Shown piece after piece: positions 1-9,224 of a stretch of 64,000 nt of DNA. The notes below the pieces were generated by a model. It made no database searches. It saw only the letters and a program-made list of their open reading frames with translations, and had not been told where the DNA came from. Made by a program: the position numbers and the translations under genes. The stretch lies in the IMG/VR virus record IMGVR_UViG_3300035698_013060, positions 1 through 64,000 of that record, one strand, 5' to 3'. Numbering within the stretch: the first letter of the stretch is position 1; each line of letters starts with the position of its first letter.

Positions 1-23
1 CTAAACTTAAGGAGGAATGAGCA

Positions 24-2168
24 TTGGATACGTTGAAAGTAACAAGTAAGCTGATCAAGAAGATACGGCGAGGAGAGGACTTCTCTGCCGCGAATCTCAA
101 GAATTGCCGGAAGGTCTTAGAGGCTGCTAACGTCCAGTACATTAGTACTGGTAAGACCTTTTTGACAGATGAGGAATTCGATGCACTGCGGGCAGAGTAC
201 AATCTGTATGACACCGCAATCCCTCTGAACCTTTCGGTTCAAGCAACCGGAAAGAAAGTAGAGCACACCAACTCTAACTTGCTCGGCTCGTTGGACAACG
301 TCTTCGACTGTGACCAGTTGACCGACTGGGTATCCAAACGTGCCAATGTTGGAGTCCCTGTTCCAAAGGGCGCTGTTCTGATAGCCTCATTCAAGTATGA
401 TGGTTGCTCGGTGGCGTTTGACGTTGGAAAAGAAGACGACATCATCAAAGCGTATTCCAGAGGTCAAGACGGCATCGGGGAAGACTTCACCCATATCTTT
501 GAAGGGTGGAAGTACATGTCAGATGAAGGGTGTACGAACAAGTGTGAGTGTATCATGCTCTGGGACGACTTTGAGGAATATTCGAAGTTGTACGCAGAGG
601 AAAATGGAAGGGCTTTGGCCAATCCACGCACCGCTGTGGCTGGTATACTCGGATCCAACGATGGAGCCAAGTACGCTAAGTTCCTAACGCTTGTTCCTCT
701 CGACTTCGTCCACTCTGGATCTGAAAAGTTCTCCAGACTGGAACGACTCTCACAGATGGCGAGCTCAGCTGAGTGCTCTAATGGCTTCATGCCGATGGAG
801 TACGCTACTCTCAAGTGGAACGGTAAGAAGCTCTACTGGGAGTTCGAAGGGAAGCGTCATCCGGTCAGTGACCTGTACGAGCAAGTCATTGATGATCGGA
901 ACAGTGACACATTCGGCTACATGATCGACGGCATCGTCGTTGAGCTAGCCTCTGAAGCCACCAGAACGAGTCTGGGTTTCAAAGAGAGTGACGGTAAACC
1001 GGTTCCCAAGTGGGCCGTGGCATTGAAGTTCCCCTACAAATCCGCGATCACCAGGATCAAAGAGTTTCAGTTCGACGTGGCAGGTAGCCGCTCGGGCCGG
1101 ATCACCCCGGTTGTGATGATTGACCCAGTCACTATCGACGGTAAGGAATACAGTCGTGTAAGTCTTTCCAACTTCAGTCGAGTGATGAAAGAAGACCTCA
1201 GGCACGGTGAGGAGGTTGAACTCACTATTCGAGGTGACGTTCTCGGGTACGTAGCTAGACCTGAAGGGAGAGAGGTTAACACCGATCAACCCAAGGTCCA
1301 GATCCCCAACTCTTGCCCGGTCTGTGAGGGTGACGTCGAGTTCAATGAGAGCGGAGCATGGCTGTTCTGCCAAAACTCAGAGTGTATGAGTAAGGCAACT
1401 GGCTGGGTTTTGAACTACCTCCGAAGGATGCGTATCAAAGGCATCGCAGAGGAAACAGTCCAGAAGCTCTACGATGAAGGTTGGCTCGACGATGGACCAA
1501 CTTGCTTGTATGACATTTCCAACAACGAAGAGGAGATAGCGTTAATCGAAGGCCTCGGACCAAGGTCCGTAGCTGATATGGTGGAAGCGATCGATGCCCG
1601 TCGGGAACCATGGGACTACGAGGTCGTGGGTTCAATGGGCTGGACTGGTCTCGGTCGAAGTATGATGAAGAGGGTATTCCAGGAGATGACCTGGGCTGAC
1701 CTGACGACCATGTTCAATACGTCCTCCAAGACGGAGTTTGTAGAAACCGCTAAAGGATTCAAGGACTTCGGTAAGGGCAGAGCTCAGAAACTCTATGAGT
1801 GCTGTCGAGACCAAGGAGCTTACGTAGATGCTCTCTTCGGAGAGCTCGATGTGAGGCTCTGGAGCAGGGAAGACCATTCCATACCGGAAAAGAGTCTGAC
1901 GTTTGTCATTACCGGAGACCTGCATAGGTGGGACCGAGACGATCTGAAGATCGAGCTGACACAGATGGGACACCGTCTGACCAGTTCCGTATCGGGTAAG
2001 ACCGACTATCTCGTTACGAATTTCCCTGATTCAGGGACCACGAAGATCACAAAGGCTCGCTCTCTAGGCAAGCCGGTGATTTCCGAAGAAGAGTTCATGA
2101 ATCTGCTCGGTCTCGGTCCTGCTGAGAATGTGAAGATAGGATCGGATGTCAGCGATGTCCCGTTCTGA
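24..2168 (+). CDS. ligA: NAD-dependent DNA ligase
   Basis: KYDG adenylation motif, SRGQDGIGED, NPRTAVAG, IDGIVVE, PKWAVALKF, OB fold (GRITPV), Zn finger (CPVC...CQNSEC), HhH repeats, BRCT (FVITG...SVSGKTDYLV); GGAGG RBS before TTG. Confidence 0.97.
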   Translation: MDTLKVTSKLIKKIRRGEDFSAANLKNCRKVLEAANVQYISTGKTFLTDEEFDALRAEYNLYDTAIPLNLSVQATGKKVEHTNSNLLGSLDNVFDCDQLTDWVSKRANVGVPVPKGAVLIASFKYDGCSVAFDVGKEDDIIKAYSRGQDGIGEDFTHIFEGWKYMSDEGCTNKCECIMLWDDFEEYSKLYAEENGRALANPRTAVAGILGSNDGAKYAKFLTLVPLDFVHSGSEKFSRLERLSQMASSAECSNGFMPMEYATLKWNGKKLYWEFEGKRHPVSDLYEQVIDDRNSDTFGYMIDGIVVELASEATRTSLGFKESDGKPVPKWAVALKFPYKSAITRIKEFQFDVAGSRSGRITPVVMIDPVTIDGKEYSRVSLSNFSRVMKEDLRHGEEVELTIRGDVLGYVARPEGREVNTDQPKVQIPNSCPVCEGDVEFNESGAWLFCQNSECMSKATGWVLNYLRRMRIKGIAEETVQKLYDEGWLDDGPTCLYDISNNEEEIALIEGLGPRSVADMVEAIDARREPWDYEVVGSMGWTGLGRSMMKRVFQEMTWADLTTMFNTSSKTEFVETAKGFKDFGKGRAQKLYECCRDQGAYVDALFGELDVRLWSREDHSIPEKSLTFVITGDLHRWDRDDLKIELTQMGHRLTSSVSGKTDYLVTNFPDSGTTKITKARSLGKPVISEEEFMNLLGLGPAENVKIGSDVSDVPF

Positions 2169-2181
2169 TGAGGAACTAAAG

Positions 2182-2222
2182 GCCCCCGGCCAAACGGCCG
2201 GGGGCTGGAGGTCCTTTTCTTC
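2182..2222 (+). terminator. Intrinsic terminator after ligase
   Basis: GCCCCCGGCC-AAAC-GGCCGGGGGC hairpin followed by a T-rich tract. Confidence 0.7.
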
Positions 2223-2249
2223 CTACCGTATATGAAAGGTATCGAGACA

Positions 2250-2257
2250 TATATTAG
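2250..2257 (+). promoter_or_regulatory. Early-class phage promoter motif (TATATTAG)
   Basis: Member of the recurrent intergenic ATATTA motif; resembles the phiKZ early consensus TATATTAC. Confidence 0.55.
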
Positions 2258-2323
2258 AAACTTGGAATGGCTTCAATCCTTATAGTCAGCGTACCCAATA
2301 ACCCCCAACAAAAGAGGAGATTT

Positions 2324-2458
2324 TTGAGAGTCCAATGCAAGCCATTTCACCGGGAGCTGGCTCGGGAGCAAAATGGAAACGGCTTGGGACCAAAGAGGGA
2401 ATCGTTGAAGTGGCTAAGAACAGTGAAACAACACGGAAAAATCGGCGGAAACAATTGA
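2324..2458 (+). CDS. Small hypothetical protein (44 aa, TTG start)
   Basis: GAGGAG RBS just before an in-frame TTG, downstream of an early-type promoter. Confidence 0.45.
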   Translation: MRVQCKPFHRELAREQNGNGLGPKRESLKWLRTVKQHGKIGGNN

Positions 2459-2542
2459 AAGATGAAAAGGTAAAAGGGTGTATAGATCTAATTGCCCTAT
2501 TACTGTTCCTATTATAGGGATAGTATAGCCACTAAAGAGAAC

Positions 2543-2574
2543 AGCCGCCATCGGGTCGGGACCCGATGGCGGCT
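2543..2574 (-). terminator. Terminator of HU gene
   Basis: AGCCGCCATCGGGT/ACCCGATGGCGGCT perfect stem, T-rich tail on the minus strand. Confidence 0.75.
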
Positions 2575-2604
2575 AACTCGTTCTGAAATTCTTTGGTCTG
2601 CGAC

Positions 2605-2886
2605 CTAACGGCCGTTGACGGAGTCCTTGAGACCCTGACCGGCGCGGAAGCCGACGACATTGACGGGGCCGATGTCAATTTCTTCCATCGTCTGCGGATT
2701 GATACCCTTACGGGCGGCACGTTCGCTGACGGTGAAAGTACCGAAGCCAGCCAGTTGAACCTGACCTTCTTCAGTCAGATTGGTCTGCACGGCGGACAGC
2801 ACGGAGTTGACGATGATTGCAGCGTCTTTCTTCGTCACGTCCAGGTCTTCACACACGGCGTTGATGATGTCTTGGCGATTCGGCAT
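2605..2886 (-). CDS. hup: HU/IHF family DNA-binding protein
   Basis: VQLAGFGTFTVSERAARKGINPQT...FRAGQGLKD signature; GGAGG RBS. Confidence 0.97.
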   Translation of the reverse strand: MPNRQDIINAVCEDLDVTKKDAAIIVNSVLSAVQTNLTEEGQVQLAGFGTFTVSERAARKGINPQTMEEIDIGPVNVVGFRAGQGLKDSVNGR

Positions 2887-2967
2887 TTTGGTACTAGCCT
2901 CCTGTTTCGCTTCTTTTGTATTTTGACCGATCGGTCTTTTGGAGGGTGCGAAGTAACACCCAATGCT

Positions 2968-2979
2968 TAATTTCTTGTT
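2968..2979 (-). promoter_or_regulatory. Late-class promoter AACA-N6-TA (HU)
   Basis: AACAAGAAATTA on minus strand upstream of HU. Confidence 0.6.
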
Positions 2980-3099
2980 TCTACACAGGAGCCCTCAACC
3001 GGGACTTTCCCTAGGGTGATGAGTAGGAGCATAGAAATATCTTTACACTCAAGGCGCTTTTGAGGTTCCCTTTGACCTGAGCAACCCGACGGGAGAACT

Positions 3100-3107
3100 C
3101 ATATTAG
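3100..3107 (+). promoter_or_regulatory. Early-class promoter CATATTAG (RNAP beta fragment)
   Basis: Recurrent motif about 100 nt upstream of the start codon. Confidence 0.6.
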
Positions 3108-3208
3108 ACCGAGAAGACTCTGGACCCTATTCAGGTATAGACCTACGGTCTTCACCTGAACTATCCCATTGAAATCCCTATCCGTGGAATGAAAAGAGAG
3201 GAACTACC

Positions 3209-4708
3209 ATGAATCAATCGGAACTCGTCTCCGCTGTCTCTGACAAGTCGGAGCCGTTCAACGAAGAAATGATCTTCTACAGAGAGCGAGAATCCATCAT
3301 CGCTCATCTCGAAAATATATGCAGGGCACTCGAGGTCATTGAATACATCAAATTCGTCGGCCTCGATTGGGAAGACGATGAGAGCAAGATGACTGCTTTC
3401 TCCACGGTGGACATCAAGCAAGCCAGGTTCGCCGAAGTTACGATGCGCTTCAGAGTAACGTACAAAGGGGAAACCCAAGACGTTATCAAGAAGACCTTCA
3501 TCCCGAGACTTGTCGACAACTTCTTCTTCATCATCAACGGCATACGCTACTATCCGATTTATCAGATAGTGGATCGAGGAGTATTCGTCACGCCGAAGGT
3601 GTATTCGTTGAAGACACTGCTCATGCCTATCCGCTTCAAATACAAACGGGTAGCAATGGCCGATGCGCACGACCAAGAGTTTGAAGCTCATGAGTTCGAG
3701 CTGAATCTGTTCAAAAACAGTATCAGTTATCTGTACTACTTCTTCGCAAAAATGGGTCTTCACGGGACTCTGGGATACTTCGGTTACGAGTACGGCGACG
3801 GTGCAGACCTGCTTCTCGTCGAGGCTGATGAACTGGAAGACTTGTCAGCGTACAAGAAGAGCATTTTCTATTCGTTCTGGTTAAAGGGTGATCTCTGGTT
3901 GATAGCCAAGAAGAAGACCTTTAAGACCGAAGAACAGAAGAGCTTTCTCTACTCGCTTGTCGAGGTCCTATCTGTGATAGGAGATGTCGAGGACATTGAA
4001 GAGGAATGGCTTCGTGTACTCGGAAGCCTCTTCACCAAGAGTGCTAACAGCAGGGTCGACAAGGCCCGCAAGGTTCTGTTCTCGTTGGAGAGGATTCTGG
4101 ACGACGAGACCAAGCGTATCCTCAGCGAGATCAAGCCGGAAGACAAGGAAGACACTTATTCCATCATCAGGTGGATGCTTCGTGAATTCGAAACACATCA
4201 GTACCAGGACAACGTTAGCCTCCGCTGCAAGCGGATGCAGTGTTGGGAGTATCTCACCAATCCACTTCTACGGTTTTTCAGTAACGCTACCTATCGCATT
4301 CTCAACACGAGAAACCTTACTATCAGGACTCTGACCGGTGTATTCAACATCGGCCCGAACTTCTTGACAAAGAGGTTACTCAGCAACGAACTGGTCAGAT
4401 ATGAAGGTGGAGTAAATGCCATCGACCTCTTCGGGGCATCTTTGAAAGTGACCATGCGTGGGGCTGGATCTATCGGTGGCTCCGGTGGAGACGTCTCTGA
4501 CAGATACCGAGGAGTGCACAAGAGTTACGTTGGAAATCTGTCGTTGGTTACAGCCAGCCCAGGTGATCCTGGACTGAGTGCAGTACTCACCCCATTTGCC
4601 AATGTTGAAGAAGGTGTGTTCAACATGTTGGAAGATGAGCTGGCGGACAAACCTACTAAGAAGGCTAAGAAGCCCGCGACTAAGAAAAGAGGAAGGGAAA
4701 AGAAGTGA
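3209..4708 (+). CDS. Phage multisubunit RNA polymerase, beta subunit N-terminal fragment (probably non-virion RNAP)
   Basis: FFIINGIRY (beta FIINGxE region) and YRGVHKSYVGNLSLVTASPGDPGL, equivalent to RDVHxSHYGRICPIETPEGxNIGL; stops before the C-terminal catalytic half. Confidence 0.88.
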   Translation: MNQSELVSAVSDKSEPFNEEMIFYRERESIIAHLENICRALEVIEYIKFVGLDWEDDESKMTAFSTVDIKQARFAEVTMRFRVTYKGETQDVIKKTFIPRLVDNFFFIINGIRYYPIYQIVDRGVFVTPKVYSLKTLLMPIRFKYKRVAMADAHDQEFEAHEFELNLFKNSISYLYYFFAKMGLHGTLGYFGYEYGDGADLLLVEADELEDLSAYKKSIFYSFWLKGDLWLIAKKKTFKTEEQKSFLYSLVEVLSVIGDVEDIEEEWLRVLGSLFTKSANSRVDKARKVLFSLERILDDETKRILSEIKPEDKEDTYSIIRWMLREFETHQYQDNVSLRCKRMQCWEYLTNPLLRFFSNATYRILNTRNLTIRTLTGVFNIGPNFLTKRLLSNELVRYEGGVNAIDLFGASLKVTMRGAGSIGGSGGDVSDRYRGVHKSYVGNLSLVTASPGDPGLSAVLTPFANVEEGVFNMLEDELADKPTKKAKKPATKKRGREKK

Positions 4709-5580
4709 TTGATCGAACGTCAACGATGATCAAAGTCAGAACTGCAGCGGCCATCGCTAACGTCGGTCTTCCTACTTACTACTTCTCATCAGAGGTGGCC
4801 CCGCTTGGGGTCACCTTTCCGGGGTGTAAGAATGTTCTGAAGACCATAAAGGCCATTCTAAAAGAAGGTTACACTGGCTTTTGCTTAAGAACAGAATGGC
4901 CAGATAACGCTCATCTGGAGCAGTGTAAGGGATTCCAATGGCCTCTATACCCTGTCAATCTAAACAGTCGCCTGAAGTTTTACATCTTTAGGAACATTCA
5001 ACCAGGTTCAACTGATACGACTTACGCTATTGACTATCTTGAGGCCATACTAGATGGAGGGGTTAGCAAGTACGGAAGGATGGATCCGTCCCTTGATCTT
5101 TCAAACACCGTAGACTTTAATGAGATTGTCCAGCCTTTCGGGGCGTTCCCTTTCATATACGAACATGTGAGTTGTTATCAGATGAGGATAGCCATTCAAG
5201 ACTCCTCTAAGATATCTCATTGGAACGCTACGGTGGCATGGGATAGAATCAATGGAAGAATGGATGGAAGGTACGGACTGGTCGGCGAGGTCAACCCCAC
5301 AAGCGATATCTCTCATAGGGAGGCTTTGAGTTCAGGAGGATTAAAGGCCACGGGCGTCCTCCCAGTCAGTCAATGGTTCTCTGAGGACAGAGGCAAGCTC
5401 AGATACATCATGCGAGACCATGCCATTCCAGGTATCTGGTATGAGTGTTCTAAGATTGATGGTTCTCGTTTTCAGTTTTGGGACATTGCTGAAGACTCCA
5501 CTAGAGCTTACAGTTCTTGGTGTCTGAATCACCTGAAAGACATCGATCTGATAGAGTATCATCTGGACTACCGTAAATAA
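4705..5580 (+). CDS. Hypothetical protein
   Basis: 291-aa ORF overlapping the stop of the RNAP gene (GTGA); no recognised motif. Confidence 0.75.
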   Translation: MIDRTSTMIKVRTAAAIANVGLPTYYFSSEVAPLGVTFPGCKNVLKTIKAILKEGYTGFCLRTEWPDNAHLEQCKGFQWPLYPVNLNSRLKFYIFRNIQPGSTDTTYAIDYLEAILDGGVSKYGRMDPSLDLSNTVDFNEIVQPFGAFPFIYEHVSCYQMRIAIQDSSKISHWNATVAWDRINGRMDGRYGLVGEVNPTSDISHREALSSGGLKATGVLPVSQWFSEDRGKLRYIMRDHAIPGIWYECSKIDGSRFQFWDIAEDSTRAYSSWCLNHLKDIDLIEYHLDYRK

Positions 5581-5595
5581 ACCATACGGTTGATA

Positions 5596-5603
5596 CATAT
5601 TAG
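5596..5603 (+). promoter_or_regulatory. Early-class promoter CATATTAG (ncRNA candidate)
   Basis: TGATACATATTAGTAAT is identical over 17 nt to the promoter at 53494-53510. Confidence 0.65.
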
Positions 5604-5950
5604 TAATGTATCGCGAACGATGACGTTCGTGTTGCAAAGGTACCTGGTGGACCAATGCGTAAAAAGGAAGGTTATTGATCCGTGCGCTAATGGAAGCGTG
5701 TGCACGGGGAGACTATGCCAGCCTCTGTATCCCGTCGCCTTCGGGTGTACGCTGGGATCAGGTGCAGAGGAGTCAGGAATATTGTGATCTAAGGCCCAGC
5801 AACAATTGTGGATTAAGTCGCCCTGGCAGCGATACCACGACCTAGACCAATGGAAAAAGGTTTCCAACCACTGGTCGATCCGCCGAGGTATATCGGTTTT
5901 TAAGTAATCCGCCGATAGGGTCCTGAAAGGGGCCTTATCGGTATTCCTTT
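5604..5950 (+). ncRNA. Unclassified ~350-nt structured RNA candidate
   Basis: Own promoter and terminator, no credible ORF; many G-U-containing helices, cUUCGg and GAAA tetraloops, long-range pairing 5641-5651/5879-5890. Confidence 0.65.
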
Positions 5951-5981
5951 TTCTTTTCTATGCTCCCTTTAGAAAGAAGAA

Positions 5982-6009
5982 GGCCCCTATCCCGTGAAGG
6001 ATAGGGGCC
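5982..6009 (-). terminator. Terminator of major capsid gene
   Basis: GGCCCCTATCC-N6-GGATAGGGGCC followed by TTCTTCTTT on the minus strand. Confidence 0.8.
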
Positions 6010-6047
6010 AACTCGAACTTCAGACCGAAAGGTCTGCTGGGACTCCG

Positions 6048-7715
6048 TTACGGAGTGGGCCAGCTGACGGCGCCGGTGTTGTTCTTGATCTCAATGCGGA
6101 AAATCGCATCGTTGAAGTACTCAGTCAGATGCCGCTTCGCGATCATGATGCTCGGGACCAAGCTGTACTGGGGATCCGAGTAACCCTTCTCGACGTTGAA
6201 GCTGTAGGGGAAGTACTTGTAGGTCATCTGCTCGTCCTGGGACGAGACAAAGATCACGTACAGGTAGCCCTGAGGCATCGCCGGGGTAGACACGATCTCG
6301 TAGCGATTTGCACCGCTGATAGCGCCGAGGCTGTAGTCTGCTTCCACACCCGAGCGTTCGCCAGCGGAACCAACAAAGGTCCAGGTGACATTCGGGAGCA
6401 GGTTGCAGTCCAGATCATTGCCGATGATCACGAACTTGCCGCCCGTGAACATACGATCCTGCTTGAGCTTCGTGGCGTAATGGTCGATCACGTCCTTCAG
6501 CATTTCGCGCCAGGCCTTCGGCGTACCGGAGAACTGTGCGTAGGGCTTCAGGTCGAATTCGGCCGGATAACGCTGGTCGCGGGCATAGCCCTCGACGATG
6601 AAGTCGCGCAGCTCGTGGTCGAGCTTCAGTGCCAGGGTGTTGGTCATGATATCGACGACCTTCGCGGCACCGTCGATATTGTACATGGCCATCACGTCTT
6701 GCAGGAACTCGATGGGAAGCGGGGCGTTCAAGTGTGTGCCGGTTCCGATCGTCAGGTCGCGAGTCTGAATGTCAAACGAGATACTCTCGGTATGCATGTT
6801 GAATTCAGAGCTGAGCTTACCCTTGATCTTCACTCCCAAGACGAAACCGCCGGTGGTCGCCAGCGTCAACGTCCCTGTCACACGATCCACACGGCCGAAC
6901 AGGTTGTCGGTCGTAGGAACTGCACCAGTCAAGGGGTTGCCGTCGACATCCAGGTCACTGGGATGGTACGCAGAGACGGCGTAGAAAACATCACCGTTCA
7001 GGCCACAACCGATACGTAGCTGTTCCACATCCACTGGTGCATCAGCATCACCGCCGAGGCTATGAGTGGTGGTGATCCGAACTGCGATCACATGGAAATC
7101 CGGATCAACACTGTCACCGACTGCCGCAGAGGCAACTGCCGCACCGGGAAGAGTCCCCAACAGGTCGAAGCCCTTGGTGGCACCGTCTACAATACCAGCA
7201 CCGTAATCGGTGTCGGCCAAGAACAGCCAATCATTCCAGAGAGACTGGCCTTCGACCAGACCTTCTGCACTGCCGCCGTCCATGATGGCTTCGGGCAGGT
7301 AATGGCGAACGCCATTCTTGATGATGTACGGAAGCAGGTAGCTGACCGAGAACTTCGGCAGCTTCACAACTTCGGTCGGAATGGCGTTCTTCATCGCCAT
7401 CCGGGGCCAAAGCTTCCTGATCGTCGGAACGCTCAGGCTGCTGATCGGGGTAACGCCGCTGAGGCTCTCTTGGAGAGTCGTCATCCGGCTGTTGTCAATG
7501 AGTTGCGCCAAGGAGTCCTGCTCATCGGCATCGACGCCCTTAAGCATCGCGGCCTTGTAGTCCTCGAACAGCCCGTTGTCGCTCAAGATCTCCTGGTAAC
7601 CTTCACCCAGGATATTGACGTGCTGTTCATCGAACAGGGCTTTTGCCTCATTCAGGACTTGGCTGTAGCCATCCTGTTTGGGCGCACCGAGATTGGTGGT
7701 CTTGTATGAAATCAT
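6048..7715 (-). CDS. Major capsid protein (HK97 fold, gp23-like) precursor
   Basis: 555 aa; highly biased codon usage; SLSVPTIRKLWP, LQDVMAMYNIDG...LALKLDHEL (gp23-like), LNE/LQE candidate cleavage sites; late promoter and strong terminator. Confidence 0.88.
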   Translation of the reverse strand: MISYKTTNLGAPKQDGYSQVLNEAKALFDEQHVNILGEGYQEILSDNGLFEDYKAAMLKGVDADEQDSLAQLIDNSRMTTLQESLSGVTPISSLSVPTIRKLWPRMAMKNAIPTEVVKLPKFSVSYLLPYIIKNGVRHYLPEAIMDGGSAEGLVEGQSLWNDWLFLADTDYGAGIVDGATKGFDLLGTLPGAAVASAAVGDSVDPDFHVIAVRITTTHSLGGDADAPVDVEQLRIGCGLNGDVFYAVSAYHPSDLDVDGNPLTGAVPTTDNLFGRVDRVTGTLTLATTGGFVLGVKIKGKLSSEFNMHTESISFDIQTRDLTIGTGTHLNAPLPIEFLQDVMAMYNIDGAAKVVDIMTNTLALKLDHELRDFIVEGYARDQRYPAEFDLKPYAQFSGTPKAWREMLKDVIDHYATKLKQDRMFTGGKFVIIGNDLDCNLLPNVTWTFVGSAGERSGVEADYSLGAISGANRYEIVSTPAMPQGYLYVIFVSSQDEQMTYKYFPYSFNVEKGYSDPQYSLVPSIMIAKRHLTEYFNDAIFRIEIKNNTGAVSWPTP

Positions 7716-7889
7716 GCTAGTTTCCTCGCTTAGGTCCTTTCGTCACACTTGCACACGGCCCCATTCTCTGGCAAAGTCTGGGATTTGTGTCGGTTTGAGA
7801 GAAGGCTTTGTTTTCCTGCCGGACCAATCCCCGAACCCCCAGCGCACGCATGGGCAGTGCAGGGATAGGAAACAGCCGATAGAAGTCAT

Positions 7890-7901
7890 CAATTCAATGT
7901 T
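7890..7901 (-). promoter_or_regulatory. Late-class promoter (major capsid)
   Basis: AACATTGAATTG on minus strand, about 175 nt upstream of ATG. Confidence 0.7.
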
Positions 7902-7920
7902 ACGTCTACACTAGGAATAG

Positions 7921-8541
7921 CTACTCAGCGGGCTTCCTGCTAACCCGTTCGAGGACATCAGCAATAATCTTCACCTGTTCTTTGATAGCGATGAAGGAAA
8001 GAAGAAGGTTCTTGTATTCTGCCTTCGCAAACTTCTTGGTGAGTAGAATCCCGATCTTTTCTTGGATATCGAATGAGTGATCCTTCAGGACGGTCAAGAC
8101 CTCCTTGACGGTCAAGTCGGATGTAGTAGATGTCACTCTGAGAATGGAATCCAGAAGCTCTTCAGCCATCCCATTGAGGCCTTCGTACTCAGAGAAGAGC
8201 TTTTTTCGCTTCTCTACCTCAGCCTCGTCAAACTCTGGCTCTTCCATAGCGGGATCTTCTTCGCCGCCGCCGCCAAAGTCGCCTCCAGCATCATCATCAT
8301 CATCACCAGCACCTGCTCCAGCAGCATCATCATCGCCAGCACCTGCTCCATCCCCTAGATCATCTCCCCCGGTATCCCCTGCACCAGTGTCTTCCTTCTT
8401 TTCTTTCTTCTTTTCAGCGCCTCCAGCGTCCTCCCCTTCAGCTTTACCGGCAGGATCGTCTTCAGGTTTACCTACAGCTGTATCGTCTTTGTCCTCAGGA
8501 GCCTCATTAAGGAGGCTTTTATTCTTATAAAAAATGGCCAT
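7921..8541 (-). CDS. Acidic low-complexity head/scaffold-like protein
   Basis: D/E/G-rich N half, helical C half, directly upstream of the capsid gene; MAIFY...LLNE N-terminus. Confidence 0.6.
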   Translation of the reverse strand: MAIFYKNKSLLNEAPEDKDDTAVGKPEDDPAGKAEGEDAGGAEKKKEKKEDTGAGDTGGDDLGDGAGAGDDDAAGAGAGDDDDDAGGDFGGGGEEDPAMEEPEFDEAEVEKRKKLFSEYEGLNGMAEELLDSILRVTSTTSDLTVKEVLTVLKDHSFDIQEKIGILLTKKFAKAEYKNLLLSFIAIKEQVKIIADVLERVSRKPAE

Positions 8542-8551
8542 CGGCGCCTCC

Positions 8552-9223
8552 TCATTCCGGTGAAGTAACTCTTGAGACTTCTGAAGCTTTCTTACAGTTG
8601 TGAGAGTAAAGCATCAGAGAACAGTTCAAAACAATGATGTAAGAAACCATCTTACAGTTATGTGAAATGACAAAAGCCGTATCGAATAGTTTCGTAGAGA
8701 ACATTATCACTATGCCTGATATCATACTGGCGCAAACCTGCCACTTTAAGATCCTACCCCATGCCGAGTATGTATCTATCATTCTTCCAAAGATGATTGC
8801 AGCCACAACAACACTGAGCAATGCTTGCGGTCTTCCTATGAGCATTCCATCTCTAATCATCATAGGACATAACAACGAACCGTATACACACACAAGGGCA
8901 TACATTAGTGGCGTGAGTTTCAGTATCTTGAATCGCTTCTCAAAACTGTGTCCATTGTTACCTGAGTAAACACATAGCATGACGATTACTGGGTCAGCGA
9001 TTCTTTCAGGAAGGTATGTGAACGTAATCCAGAAAGAAGGATTATCACTGAAGTATGAAAAAAGGATATGGACTAAAGTAAGTCCTCCCATTAATGCTCC
9101 CCAAGTACTAAACCAGAAGAGGGATTTCAGTTCCCTGTTCTGGCGGTACATCTTCAATGATAGCCCGAAAACGGACAACCCCATGAGAACACAGAGTATC
9201 TCTTGAAATAAGTGTAGTTCCAT
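8552..9223 (-). CDS. Polytopic membrane protein, MASE3-like stand-alone sensor domain
   Basis: About 7 hydrophobic segments; LHLFQEIL, GALMGGLTLVH and SHNCKMVSY resemble MASE3 HxxxE / MGxLDxxH / HxxKxxxY; start moved to MELHLF (AAAGGA RBS). Confidence 0.55.
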   Translation of the reverse strand: MELHLFQEILCVLMGLSVFGLSLKMYRQNRELKSLFWFSTWGALMGGLTLVHILFSYFSDNPSFWITFTYLPERIADPVIVMLCVYSGNNGHSFEKRFKILKLTPLMYALVCVYGSLLCPMMIRDGMLIGRPQALLSVVVAAIIFGRMIDTYSAWGRILKWQVCASMISGIVIMFSTKLFDTAFVISHNCKMVSYIIVLNCSLMLYSHNCKKASEVSRVTSPE

Positions 9224-9224
9224 T

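Noticed and set aside
5604-5950. Group I intron, RNase P RNA or cobalamin riboswitch identity for the large RNA
   Set aside because: AGACTA/AAGTC and AGTCAGGA give only partial resemblance; helix order and core motifs do not fit, and no gene is interrupted or downstream
5994-7709. Long plus-strand ORFs antisense to the capsid gene (also 22184-23557, 24973-25518, 30724-31275 and others)
   Set aside because: Shadow ORFs caused by strong codon bias of the real genes; no RBS or motifs
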